Virus record (IMG/VR): IMGVR_UViG_3300028591_000088
Reading direction: 5' to 3' (one strand)
Source of the DNA: a virus
Taxonomy: Duplodnaviria > Heunggongvirae > Uroviricota > Caudoviricetes
DNA: 64,000 bases
The notes under the pieces are model-generated. The model was not told where the DNA came from, made no database searches, and saw only the letters and a list, made by a program, of their open reading frames with translations. Below are positions 46,401 through 59,635 of the stretch, in pieces (positions within the stretch are counted from its first letter, which is position 1; each line of letters opens with the position of its first letter). Made by a program: the position numbers and the translations under genes.

Positions 46401-47553
46401 ATTGATTATCTCCTATCTAAGTAAAGTATTTCTTCCAATCATAGGCATAATCCGTAATAGGAGTTCCATCTTGATTTGTTCCTTTATTATAGGTAGCAAA
46501 TAGACGACTTAAATAGTTTTGCATTACATTTCTATTTGCTTGTCCACTCTCATAATTAGATCTCCAACTAGTAGCAAAGTTAGCAAAATAGTTATTGAGA
46601 TTCTATTGTTGCTGTGCTACATAGTTTCTTGCCTGTTCTGCTCTAGCTTTACTAGGATTAAAGTTAGGATTAAAAGCAGCTGCCTGACGTAATTGTGTAT
46701 CACTGAGAGCCCCACTTAAATAGTTCTATAATGCCTTATTAAAGTCGTAAGTAGGAACATTCAAATTGAAATCCGTAGTTCCTCTATTAGCATTATAGCT
46801 TAGATACTGACGACCTTGTGTTACCTGCTATGCTTCTTGAGCAGCAGCAATATCAGCCTATACTTGTTCTAAATCAGTCTTAGCTTTTTCCTCAGTTTCC
46901 TCTTCGTCTTTTGGTTTGGTTAGCCAATTCTGTGTAAAACCTAGTTGTTGTAATGAATAATCATTAGCTGTTTTGCTATTTAATAATCCAAGTACAGTAT
47001 TAAGACGTTTCTTATACTCATCAGAAGTACCAAAACCTTCAAAATCGTTATAATTTCCGGCTTCTTGTAACTCCTTATTAAGGAAACTTGTTAAAGACTC
47101 CCTTCTCTAGTCATCTGTTTGGTTATCCCAGTATGCTTTAGTATTTAATTTTCCAGATGGATTTAGGGATCTAATATATCTTTCTTCAAGACTGCCTATC
47201 TTTTTCTTTTCTGATTCTGCGGCAGGAGCTGGAGGAGTAAGTTGTCTTCTTGCTAACTGTCCCATAAATCCAAGTGCTCTTTGATAGGCTTCTTGCATAT
47301 GCTTATCTTCTCTATTTAATGCTGAACCGAATTGATAGTTACCATCAGCAGTACGGTTCAGCATATCACCATTGGCTATACGTCCTCTTAAATCAGAAAA
47401 AGCTTGACGTATCAGTGCTGCTCTGTGTTTATTAACAGCTCCAGCGTAGCGTGAGATAAATTCGTCCTATTCGGCATCAATATCCCTTAGCCATTGGTCT
47501 TTATCGATACTTCCTGTACCGAAATCAAAAGTGTTCTTTGTTGGTTCTGCCAT
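43450..47553 (-). CDS. putative virion cargo protein F (1367 aa, code 15) with a Gly/Ala-rich membrane-like segment
   Basis: Starts MAEPTKNTFDFG; hydrophobic stretch at about 45820-46130; ends DLRPSRRRRRR-TGA. Confidence 0.8.
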
Positions 47554-47560
47554 ATTTATA

Positions 47561-47595
47561 TATAAAAATAGGGCATACAGAAAAACTGCACGCCC
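47561..47595 (-). terminator. intrinsic terminator after gene G
   Basis: GGGCGUGCAG-UUUUU-CUGUAUGCCC followed by UAUUUUU on the minus strand. Confidence 0.8.
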
Positions 47596-47605
47596 TAATT
47601 AGTTA

Positions 47606-47929
47606 TCACTTCTTTATGAGTCTAGCGAACTTGCCGCCTTTCTTATAAACTGGCTCTCCCTGTGGTTCTGGTTGCTGTTCAACACCACCTTGCTGCTGTG
47701 CTAACTGAACAAAGGCTTGGCATACAGCCATTGCTGCTTGGCAATCTTGACTCTAAAGAGCCTGCATACTCATCTAAACTAATTGCATCAATGGATCTTG
47801 ACCTCCAGCCTCAGGACCTCCCTCTGCTGGTGCTCCTGCTGGTGCTGCACCTGCTCCAGGTGCTCCTGCTGGTGCTTCCTGTGGGGGAACAGCCCCACCT
47901 TCTTGGAATTTTAATGTTTTAAATTTCAT
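47606..47929 (-). CDS. small Pro/Ala/Gly/Gln-rich protein G (107 aa, code 15)
   Basis: MKFKTLKFQEGGAVPPQEAPAGAPGAGAAPAGAPAEGG...PVYKKGGKFARLIKK-TGA. Confidence 0.8.
47815..47885 (-). repeat. imperfect PAGA-coding repeat
   Basis: Repeated gctcctgctggt units on the + strand. Confidence 0.7.
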
Positions 47930-48017
47930 AGATTAAATAGTTTAATTAAACTCTTAAGTACAGTGAATATATATATTTGAACATCTATTTGCAAGTTAGT
48001 TAAGTCTTTTTAACAAG

Positions 48018-48590
48018 TTAGTCTTTTTTACTTGGATTTTCTACATATTCAGGTTCTCGAGAATCCTACTTTTTAAATACCTTAAATATATACTTTCCTA
48101 AAGCCTTATAATCTTTATCATTATGAGACTCTCTAGCTCTATAAGCTTTAGAAATAAGAACCTTTGTTTCTCGCCTTGAAACTATTCTTTCTCCTCCCTA
48201 TAGTTCCATCTAAGTAGAACCATCAGGAGCAAGTACTTTCATAGTCGGTGCTTTGTCATCTAAGAATTCTAGTTCGTCTCCAACTCTAACTCCAGAACCT
48301 TGATTTAATTCTACTACATAAAGAGTATCGTCATGTCCAAGAAGAGTTTCATCATTAGGTTGTCCTTGTTCTACAGCTATTACTTCCTAATCTGGATTTA
48401 TAAAGATAATATCAAGAGGAATTGGAGTATTCTTCATCCACATCTCTACTAAGTCTGGCTCTTCAAAATAGAAAATCATTCCCTAATCAGCAGGTAGTTC
48501 TTTTACTCCTTGTAATCCATCTCTCCTTTCTTTATAAGAGGCAGCTTCTTCTACCTTATACTATTTATCTCCAATACTAATATTAATCAT
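48018..48590 (-). CDS. DUF192-like protein with a C-terminal extension (190 aa, code 15)
   Basis: GMIFYFEEPDLVEMWMKNTPIPLDIIFI...YVVELN is contiguous only through at least five in-frame TAGs; absent from the ORF track. Confidence 0.85.
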
Positions 48591-50190
48591 AACGCTGCTT
48601 CCATATATCAAAATGATGTTTCCACTATTTAGAATCTTTATACTTTTCTGTAAATGTTAAAGCGTCTTTCTCATTATCAAAAGAGATTACATTATTCTAT
48701 TTTAATGCAGTATTAAAAGCCTCTTTCCAATCTGGAATATATTGAAGTCTTCCTTCCTTCATTTGAATCTGAGGAAATACTAAGTACTTACCATCTTTTT
48801 CTGTATAGCCAAGAAGATGAGTACCTTTTCTTCTTTGTCCTTCTTCATCATCAAACTCAGCATATCCCATATTAGGGCCTATACGTTGAACAAATAAAGG
48901 ATTTACTTGAATTGCATAGTCAACAAGCTATTCTGTAGGCTTACCAGAGTTTATTACTCCTCCTTGTTGAAAAGCTTGATGCTAAGCCACTATTTCTTCC
49001 GGAGTTTGTACTTTCTTTTCAGGTTCTAACTATTTGAGAAGACCAGTTCTATCATCAGTATTCTCGAATATTTCTTTAACAAGGAGTTTACCTGCTTCAA
49101 TAGCTGCATTGTCAGAACCATCTTTCATTAATTTTTCAATTTCTTGAGTGACTTCTAATGTAAAGATTATTTCATTAAGTTCTATTTCAGCCTGCTGTTC
49201 AAGTTCTCCTCCTTCTTTTTCAGAAACTACAGGAATACCTTTTTTAGTAAGTCCTTCTGCATTTTCCATATGATGAAGACGTGCATGTAAAGAACCTTCA
49301 GGAATAACATTCATTTTACCTCCTTCTTTGAATTCTGGAATCTATTCCTCAAATTCAGTAAGAGTATCCACTACTTTAGGCTAGTTCTGCCATTCATGGA
49401 AGTGTTTTAAGTACTCTATTTTTAGACCAAGACGCCCAAAAGATATATTTCCAAAGCCTCCATTCATATCTCTCATGGTACGTTCATTCCATCTATCTCC
49501 CATCTAAGCAGTTAATAAATCATCCTACTATTTATTTCCTATAATTCCTTGGAGTACAGACATCTATCTGTTAGCTTCATAAATTTTATCATTAAGAGAA
49601 CTCTTACTAGAAAACAGACCTACTTTCTTTCCAGATAATTGACTTGCTTTGTCCCAATTAGCCATGAAATCTCCATATCCTCCTCCAGTTCCAGCAAGAG
49701 TACTCATAGTAGTTTGATCATTCTTTACTTCTGCTAATTTAGAAGCTCCTAAAGAATTTAGAGCATTCATGGCAAACCTAGCCATTCCAGCATACTTTCC
49801 AATAACTGGAAGCTAAGAAGCAATTCCCATAATATTATCAACAGTTTCATACCCTCCAGAATTCTCTACTTTAGGAATAAGAGAATTTAGTACACTTGTT
49901 CCTGCTGATATTGTATCCCATCCTCCTATTTTTTGAAAAAAGCTAGTACCTATACCAGATTCAGTGAAATCTCTTGGAGTGAAAGAATATTGTGCACCAG
50001 GTCCAGATTTATAACCAGACCCTGGGGTTACCTACTATACAACCTATTTGGCTTTATTAACGTCTTTAGTTAATTCCCTAAAAGTATCCGATGCTCCAGT
50101 ATTTTGAGTATTAGGTAGCGAATTCCAGTCAGTTGTAGGGGTTTTAAACTTTATTCCTTCCTAACCTTTCTTAATTAATTTCTTATGCAT
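48583..50190 (-). CDS. putative virion protein I (535 aa, code 15)
   Basis: Starts MHKKLIKKG(TAG)EG; contains EFKEGGKMNVIPEGSLHARLH and AEIELNEIIF; ends WKQRYD-TAA. Confidence 0.8.
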
Positions 50191-53100
50191 AACTTTCTGT
50201 ATATATAGTTTTTATAGCAGTGATAGTAGCCAGTTCATCACCTTTATATCTAATACGTACTCTCATATACTTATCTCTTATTTTAGTTTCTTTACGAGCA
50301 GTCCATCCTCCATAAGTAGGCGGATAAGCATCTCCTCTATCTCCAGTATTAGGAAGTACTTGTATACCATTAAAAGAATAACCATTTGGAAGAGTAGTAG
50401 CTGTAATCTAAGTACTCTATAAATCATTAGGAAGCTCACTTGGATTTATAATAATGGGTGGCTTTTCCCAATTTGGCTCATTCTTCTACATAAAGATAAT
50501 AGAAGGTATCTATACATACCATTTATCTTCTTTATATTCAGAATTACCTTTTATACGTCCATAGAATATACGTTCATAGTACTTAGTAGTTCCATCATTC
50601 TCTTGCCAAGCAAATACTCTTCTATGCATAGGAGCAAAGTGTGCTACAATATAATTATATTCAGATAAAGTTATTTCTCTATCATAGTATCCATCTATAG
50701 GACAACATCCTATATGAGTCCATATTCTAAATTCATTTAGTTGAGGATCATATATAATTTCTGAACCAGATAGATGAGCATAATCTCTTGGTATACTAGA
50801 AGAAGTCATCATTGTATAATAGTTATAAATTTTATTTAGAGGAGCTGTTCTTCTATAATAGAGAGGTAAGTATGTAGATTTCTAATTATATATAGTACCA
50901 AGTATCTTTCTCTATTTAGGCTCAAGTTCTTTATAATTAGGATTATATTTAATATTAGAACCTAATCTTTGATATAGTTGTTTCGTAGCTTCCTATCTAC
51001 AATATATATTTAACTTATCTGGAGCCCACTCATATACTTGTCCAACTACATCAAAGTGGAAGGATTCAGGCTATGCCTTATTACTTATAATTTGTAGATT
51101 ATTAAATATTTTATGCTGTTGAGGATTATCAAGTACTAAGAATTCAAATTCAAATGGATGTTGCTTACCATACCAATTACATGGTAATATCTTTCCTTCT
51201 ACTTCCATTAGTCCTGCCTATCCATGCTTCCAGAAACTTGTAGTAAGATTTTCAGTATTAGTAACATACCCAACAGTTCCATATATAGTTGGTCCATAAG
51301 ATACATTACTCTACTCTGTAACTTGAGAACTTATTGGGGTAGCTTTTACAGCTGGAGTATGATAAGAAATTTCTGATAATGCCGTATTACTTATATATAA
51401 ATAGTTATTTACTACCTTATATCTGTCTGCATTATTTTGGTTATCATCATACATTTCTATCTTATAATTGATATTGTCTGCATCATTTACAATAACCTTT
51501 CCAACACATAAATAACCTTGCTAAGAAACTCCACTAACTTCAGAAGTATCAAGAGCTATTTTTGGATATCTTTTAGTAAGTTTAGTTATTGATTTAGATG
51601 TATCTCTATCAAAACTAAAGAATATATTATCAATATTTGCTGAATAAGAAGGTACCCATGAATAGAAAGTTGTAAATTGTTGCTATATTTCATTATAACA
51701 TAGATTCCAAACTTTTTCTTCTATTGTGTTTATATCATCATAAAAAGTGAACATTACATCACTTTTAAATGCATTATAATGACTCTTTACATTACGTATT
51801 CCGATTATTGGTGTCTTCTCTGTTTCAGTAAGTGAGATATTATCAATAAGGAACTTTTCAACTCTGAAATCTGATATAATGTCAAAGTTTTGTCCATTAG
51901 TCCTCCAAATCTTCTTACCAACTGTATCTATTCCATATACATAGTACGGAGTCTTAATAATGCTTTCCGGCCACTGACTACCAAACATATCCGAAAGAAC
52001 CATTGGATTCTCAGGGAGTACGTTAGAGGTGTTTATAAATACATTTCCACCCTTTCCACTTCCTGCTACTACTCTTTCATTAACTGGAACAAGACAAACT
52101 CCGTGTTCAAAAACAGCCAATAAGCTACCTTTAAGTTCTATAATTCTTATTAAAGCTCCATAAGTAAGAGTATAGTCTCTATAATTCATTAAATCAAATA
52201 TTCTAAAGCCATTACGGAATGCATCATTTATAGCTATATTAGAATACATAATTCTAGTTACAAAGACATTCTTTACAGCTGGAACGTCAGGCATTTCGTA
52301 ATTGTATTTTGTGGATAAAGTAGTAGAGTAACCATCATTATATACAGTAGATTCTGGAACTTTGTTTTCTCCTGAGGTATTTCTTGCATATAATGGATAG
52401 AAAGCACGTGGCTTATTAGTAATTCCTTCTTCTGATGCAAATGAATGATCAACACTACGTAGAGACAGGTTTACATTAGAACATACTTTAACAGTTACCC
52501 AATGTCCCATTTTTACTGCATTTACATCTCCTCTATTTACCTTAGTAAAAGTATCAGAATCTTCTAAATCCATATTATCTTTCCAGGTATTTGCACTAAT
52601 AAATTCATCATTATATGGAGCTGAAGGATCTGCAAAATTCCTTACCATTCTATGTGTAAAGTTACCAATAAAACAGTCACCTCTATAACAGGTTATTGAA
52701 TCCTTAAATTCATTCCATTCCATTCTATCAGAAATAGGTTCAAATGGAGAAGTATCCTAATATCTAATTTGGAAGTATTCTCCCATATTAGCTTCACTAT
52801 AATTAGGAATCTTAATATCCATAACAGTCATAGCATAAGGAAGACCCTCTACTCCTTCCAAACCTATATAAGGTCCATATACACCTCTTAAAATGTTTGT
52901 AGCATTTTTAGCAGGATTTTTATAAGTATAATAAGATACTCTCTACACTTCTTCTGCTGTTCCTGCTAATGCTGAATACAAGCAATCTTTATTTTTAGCA
53001 AGTGCCTACCCATCCTATAGTGATACTATTTTGTATTCCTTTAAATAATTATTGGTGTCTGTAGTACCTTTAATACTATATAAGTGAGTTCCATTACGTT

Positions 53101-54817
53101 TACAATATTTATCCTATAATTGATTGGTAGAAAGCCTGACCTCAAAATTAGAACCAGTAAAGAACTAGTTATAAAATCCAGGATTAAGTTCATATTCTGG
53201 ACAAATAGCTGCTTGTCCGTCATTTACAGAACTATTTGTAAGAGTTATTCTTCTTTCATCGAAGTTATGAGTAAGAATACGTTCCTTATTAATAAAACCT
53301 TCCATTAAATATTTAGTAACACCCTCTACTGTATCTGTATCAGAAATAGGAAGAGCTGGAAGATGACTTACATTCTCTATACCCATAGATACTGCCTAGC
53401 AAAGAGTAGTTGCTATACGTTTCTATCTTACAAAGAAACATCCTATAGTATATTCTTTAAGAGCTGCTATAAGATCACTACTTCCATTTATTTTAATAGC
53501 AATAGGAGTTACCGAATTCTATCCTATCTAAGAAGTATTAGAACTAATTCTACAAACTCCTTTACAATTATCAGTACTATTTATGGAAAAATTGTATTTA
53601 TCAATTGGAATATAATTTCTAGCACTACCATTATAAATAGGCTCTGTAGATATACTAGTACCAGTAGTTATTCTATCTATTCCTCTTATATTAAATACAG
53701 GAGAAAGAGTATAATCTTTCATTATATAGACTACTCCAAAACGATAAATTTCATCATTCCAATAACCAAGTCTGTAATATATATTATTTACATTATAGTA
53801 TTCATAATTGCCAGTAGAGTCTTGATAATTTTCGTCTACAAATCCTATTGAAGATTCTTGTACAAGACTTGGCCAGAAGCGTAAAGATAAATCAGCAAGT
53901 TCTTTATAAGGTACTTCTGTTTTTCTCACATTGCCCATAAATAACATATTTTGGGCTATTTCTTGAGTATTTGCCGATTCAACTACATTATATTGTACAT
54001 TTATATCGTTAATACTTGTAGCTAGTTTATCCTCATATCCATTGATTCTTACTTCACTCGTATTACTATAAATAGGGAAGTATTTATCAATTTTAAATGC
54101 TTCTGTAGTTTTATTTGCTAAATTATCTGATGTGTATCTTGTATAATAAACAACAACATTCGAATAGGCTGAATCTAAGTTAGATAATTTAAAATGTACT
54201 GCTTTGAAACTACTCTAGTCTCTGATACCTCCTTGAATAGAACTTGGTTCATTTACATTTCCTATATAACATGTTACTAGTCCAGATTCTCCTATGAAAT
54301 CTGTTTCATTACCATCAGCGTCAGCTAATTTAAAGTAAAAGTGATAATTACCAACAGGAAGATTTCCTCCAGTACTGACTCCTATAAATTTTATTTTAGC
54401 TATTGTTCTAACCTTCTTATATAAAGAAGTATCAGCAGCAAATGTCTCTTTATCATATATATTTGTATCATTATCTCCTTCTCTATCTACTATCTAATAA
54501 GTATCCATTCCAGTTACAGAGAATCGACTATTTATCATACGTGGTTGGTTAATACCATCATTTAAGATAATATTAACCGAACCATCATATGAAGGTTGTA
54601 TAGCCATATCTACAGGATGCTATAAGTCAAATCCTAGCTCTTTAGTGTCTAGGTCAAGTAAAGCACCTTTTGGCTCACCTCCCAGTTCAGGATCCCCTGA
54701 TGTATTTATTCTGAGAGTTTTGAATGGATTATATTCATATACTAAGCTTCCTTTCTAAGATAGCTATTTAACAGCTAAATTAACTCTTAGACTATTTAAA
54801 TTGGGTATAGGTTTCAT
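50183..54817 (-). CDS. crAss-type tail stabilisation-like protein (1544 aa, code 15)
   Basis: GNLPVGNYHFYFKLADADGNETDF, YRLGYWNDEIYRFGVVYI, SDMFGSQW, NVKSHYNAFKSDVMFTFY; ends TIYTESYA-TAA. The family call is from recall. Confidence 0.8.
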
Positions 54818-57800
54818 GTATGATCATTAAATGCTGATATATCATAACTATATAATGTTTTATAATACATATCTGGGGCGTGTTCATCTGCAGCATCAGT
54901 CCATTTTCCTTGAGTAGAAACATTAGATGTTTTCGCAAGTACTTCGTTTTCATCATCTTCCTATACGTCATCCCACCCAAGTTCCTAAGCTTTTGTAGTA
55001 AAGTATAGATAAAAATCTTTAAATGTAATATTGGATGCATCATTCCATCTATATATAACCAAATTTTTATCAGTACTTGTAAGTTTCTTATACTTTGGGG
55101 TATCGTTCCATTCGTATGCACCGTCTGGATTAGCTTCTGGTTTTGCTGAATCTCCCTATCCTTTCTTTTTAGCACATACAGAAGCATTGAATGCTGCTTG
55201 GCTTGTATCAGGCATATATATAGCTTTTACATCTAAATCAGAAGAGTTATCTTCTAGTTGATTATATGTGGCTCCTAAGTAGTATCCTATTAATACATCA
55301 AGATCATAGAGATTAGGTAATTCTAACTCAAAAGGCTCAGTTATAGTTGGGTTAGTAACGTCGATAGTAGGAATAAGGTTAGTAATTGTATATGTTTTAT
55401 TATTTTTTTCTAAGGAGCCATTATTCCATTTTTTTTCAAAATACCAATTTAAAGATTTTTCCTCACCCTCTACTTCCAATACTAATATATCTTTAAGACT
55501 AGATAGATCGGGATTTTCTCCCTAAGATAAAGTTACTTTTATTTTTGTAGTACCTTGCTCATAACGATAGAATCTATCATTAGTAGTTATATAATCAACA
55601 GATTTCTATATTCTATTAACTATAAATATCTAACTAAGAATACATTTAAGCATTACATCAAGTCTAGGCCAAGCAATAGAACTCTTAGCAGGCACATCTC
55701 TTCTAGTAACTAAATTTACAAATCTACTATCTCCATCAGTAAATTTCCAGCAGGCTACGAGATAATTATCACCTTGATAATCAATAAACTATCCCCCATT
55801 TTCTCCACTTCCACTTATAATATTTAATTTATCCGAAGTAGTAGCAGTTGTATTTTCTCTTAAGTTATCGAAACAAAGTTCTGCATCTTCTCCATGATTT
55901 CCAGAGAATATATTAGTTAGAGGACGTCCCATATAATTAGATGCAGTAAAAAGTCCTCCATCATCACATCCACCTCCGGCATCTGGACCTTCCACTACAT
56001 ATCCAGCTGGCATTATTCTTGAATTATAATGCATTGTGGTGTTATCTCCATCTCCTGCTCCTGATATACAGAGAGTTTCTTCAGTATTCCAGTAAGGAGC
56101 TATTTTATTTCTTTTATCAAGACTATATTTTGGAGAGTACAATGGACTCAATCCTTTTGACCAGTAAGTTGCATGTTTAACTTCTGAAACAAGACCCTAC
56201 ATAAATCTATCATCCTTAAACTTTATATTATCAAGAGTCAGAGTATTGTCAGTTACAGTAGTCTCTGCATCAGCTACATATTCCTTTTTAACATTATTTT
56301 CTTCATAGTCTTCACTATGATTAATTGCTTCTATATTATTAAAAGGTTTAAGACTAGAACTTGGAACCCATTCTTTATCATCTCTTTCTATTTCTATAGA
56401 AGAAATCCTATAAGTTTTTAATAAATCCTCAACTAAAGATTTTCTAGGTTTACCTATATATTTATCTTCTATTTCTTCTAACTATCCTAATATACTAAGT
56501 TTGTTTTTATACTCATTAACTATACTAGTGAGGTATTGATAACTATCAAGCTAAGATAAATCTAACTCAGAAGTTGGAGTAGTAAACATTCTGGCTTTTA
56601 CGTCTACTGTAGGAACTTCATAAGTAGTTTCATCAGGACAGTTTATTGTAGCGTTAGAACCTATAAGTTCGGTTTCTAAAGATGGTGATAACTTTATATC
56701 TATAGACTAATTAGGAACAGGTTCATACTCTAGAGATTGACTATTTTCTTGTGCATCTTCTCCAGCTAAGCCTATAGAGTTATTAACAAAGAATCCATTA
56801 TATTTATCATTATATAATGTACTTAAATAAAGCATTTTAAAGTCTATTGTTTGCTCCTTGTCTCCAGTAAGTTTTCTTACTATTTCTACTATATAAACAT
56901 GTTTATATGCTAATCCTATATCAGAGTAGTTTATATACTCTTCAAAATTACCATTATATGATTCTTTCTAAAAGTCTATATATGGAACTGTTACTCCTTC
57001 TCCTGGATTGGGTCCATCTTCTAATTTATGAAAATACATTCTTATATATTCTATCTATTTAGAACCATCTAAATTATAGAAATCATAAGACCATCCTATT
57101 TTTACATACTTTTCAGTAACAAAGAATCTCCATTCTCCAAATTCATCCTAAGTCTTACGTATTTTATCAAAATTAATTGATACACTACGTCCCATTCTCT
57201 AAATTATTCCAAATGGAACATTTGGATAAATCATCGTTGGAATATTTCCAGAACCTTCTACCACTTCTATAGTATTATTATCATAAGATGAAGAACCAGT
57301 GGACAATCCTAAAAAGCCTCCACTACTAGAAAGAGTTTCATTATTTCTTGTTGCTTCTCCTTTAAATGTAACTTTTATTTTATCATCCTAAGTTAAAGAG
57401 TACTCTCTTATCAAATTAAAAGAATCAAGAGTATTAAGCTTTACTATAAGTATCATTTCTCCAGAAGAGGAAGCATCAAATACCTATGCTGAAGATGTAT
57501 TTAAAAGAGAGGATAAATTAGAAGAGCCATCATATAGAAAATCTCCACTTGAATCTTTCGACCAGGTCTTCATTATTTCTATACCTCCGTCAGACTTTAT
57601 AACTCCAAGTTGAATTTCTAAGTACCCTAAATTAACATAGCTTGATAAATTACTTTTTGCTGGAAATCCTATAATAAATTTATCACCAGGATGGAAAATT
57701 CTAGCTTTACCATCTGTAGTAGTAAATATAGCCTACTTTACTACTTCATTTATTATAAAGTCACCATTATATATATCATTCTAAATACTAACAGAAGTAT

Positions 57801-58137
57801 ATATATCTGCAGGTTTGTTTATATCCCAATCTTCATTCTCCCATAGTTGTTTTGGTGAAGGAAACGAACCTACTTGACCCTTTCCAGTTGTAGGATTATA
57901 AGCAGCTACATATATAATACCCCCATGTTCCTTCATACCAACTGGAACATATCCAGCTTTGAGTAATGCATTTTTAATTTTAACATTACCCATATCATTC
58001 TGTAAAGCCCCTTCATTACCATTATATGTAATAAGGGTTCCATTAAGAGCATCAGTAAGAACATCATTGGGAGTGGTAAGAGGATGTAAATCTTTAATCA
58101 TGCCCTTCTAAAATGTATTAGTCGTCTCCTTTTTCAT
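54814..58137 (-). CDS. crAss-type tail protein (1107 aa, code 15)
   Basis: N-terminus NTF(TAG)KGMIKDLHPLTTPNDVLTDALNGTLITYNGNEGALQNDMGN...QVGSFPSP; ends AFNDHT-TGA. Confidence 0.78.
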
Positions 58138-58711
58138 TTAATACCTAATATTTATGGGTTGTTACTAAAATATCTTCAAACTTTAAAGGTTCTCTAATCT
58201 ATATGAGTTCAGCTTCTCCATTACGAAAGTTCTTCTATAACGAAGTCATTCCTATATCACTTTTATAAGGAACTCTAAATATATATCTACAGTTATGCTA
58301 TCTTATTTCACATTCTTCTCTTATTTTATATAGTATAACTTGTCCATAATCAAACCATTTTCTAGGACGTCCCCTACTTTTCTTCTATTTAAGATAGTTT
58401 TCTATCTAAGGATTAGTAAGAGCAAAATAGTAATAGCCGTCCCACTTAAATTTTCTACGTTTATATAGAACACGTATTTTTATAATCAATTTTTTTATAT
58501 AGTAATTGAAGTGTTTTATAGAATCGTTACGTAAGTATCCTATATAACATAGAAAATCTCCGTCCTTTATAAAGGTGTCTCCACCATAACTATTATGTAA
58601 ATATAATGACTTAAATCCAAAATTTAAAATTCTCATTATATCCTTTTTAGGAAGACGGGGCCAAAGTTTTCGTACATCTTCATAATAGTCATTAATAGTT
58701 TTTAGTTCCAT
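58118..58711 (-). CDS. crAss conserved IHF-like protein (197 aa, code 15)
   Basis: ILNFGFKSLYLHNSYGGD...; read-through ends PLKFEDILVTTHKY(TAG)VLNEKGDD-TAA. Confidence 0.65.
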
Positions 58712-59157
58712 TAGCAGTATCTTTTACCATTATTCGTATTTTCAGTAAGCTTATCTTTAAGACGTTTACAAATATATATAGGTTTTCTACGTCTAACTCC
58801 ATTATTCTTTCCATACATATCTAATACTAACTAATTACCTGTAAAGTTAGATGCTAAGAAATCTACATCAAGCCATTTTCCTCGTTTACGAGCTTCTTCA
58901 AATGATTTTCCTTCGTAATTATTAACATGTATTTCAGAGCGTCTACTTCCAGTTGGTAACTAAAATGTTACATTATTTTCTATAATATCATTAAGAATTA
59001 GTTGAAGCGCATCTTTAAAGACACGCTTCACTAATTTATCTTTATGGAAATCTCCATTAACAATATTACAGTCATTACAGGTTACTAGTAGCTTATCATA
59101 CGGGAAATTTTCAAATAGTTCATCCGTATTAAAGGCATAGCCTGTAGCATAATTCAT
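58711..59157 (-). CDS. crAss conserved IHF-like protein (148 aa, code 15)
   Basis: MNYATGYAFN...LILNDIIENNVTF(TAG)LPTG...LDVDFLASNFTG; ends KRYC-TAA with TAATG overlap. Confidence 0.7.
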
Positions 59158-59158
59158 A

Positions 59159-59635
59159 TCAATCTTTTGTTAAAAATACTTCAAAATCTGCAGGATCTAA
59201 AAGTAATTCATTTCCAGCAACTGTTTCTGTATATAAAGGAAGATTAAATTCTTGGGCTGCACTTACAATAGTATAAGTCCTTGGAACTTTTACTCCATCT
59301 TCTCTTTCTACTTCTGCTCCAGGAGTCCAACTAGCCACTTCTTCACCTAAGTATTTTACATGAATTGTAGTATGTCCATCGAAGTTATAATTTGCTACAA
59401 ACCAAGGGAAAGCAGATGCTGTAAATGGAGGCCAAGTTTCTCCATCCTATCTAGCTTCTAATGGATAGTTAGCATAATAATCTGATAATTGGTTCTTTAC
59501 AGCTTCTGCAAAGTTTGTATGATCTACAATTAACCAAGAATTAAATACATTCTTTTCTGGGTTAAGAGCTTTCTCCATTCCATATGAAGGAGCCATAATT
59601 CCTGCACTTCCTACAGGCATTGCTTTCTAATACAT
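59159..59635 (-). CDS. hypothetical protein N (158 aa, code 15), missing from the ORF track
   Basis: MY(TAG)KAMPVGSAGIMAPSYG...DFEVFLTKD-TGA; TAATG overlap with the upstream stop. Confidence 0.7.

Noticed and set aside
47940-48000. Bacteroidota-type promoter (TAnnTTTG at about 47972 on +; TTGC...TATATTCA on -)
   Set aside because: Matches are partial in very AT-rich DNA with no convincing -33 element; cannot be supported without TSS data.
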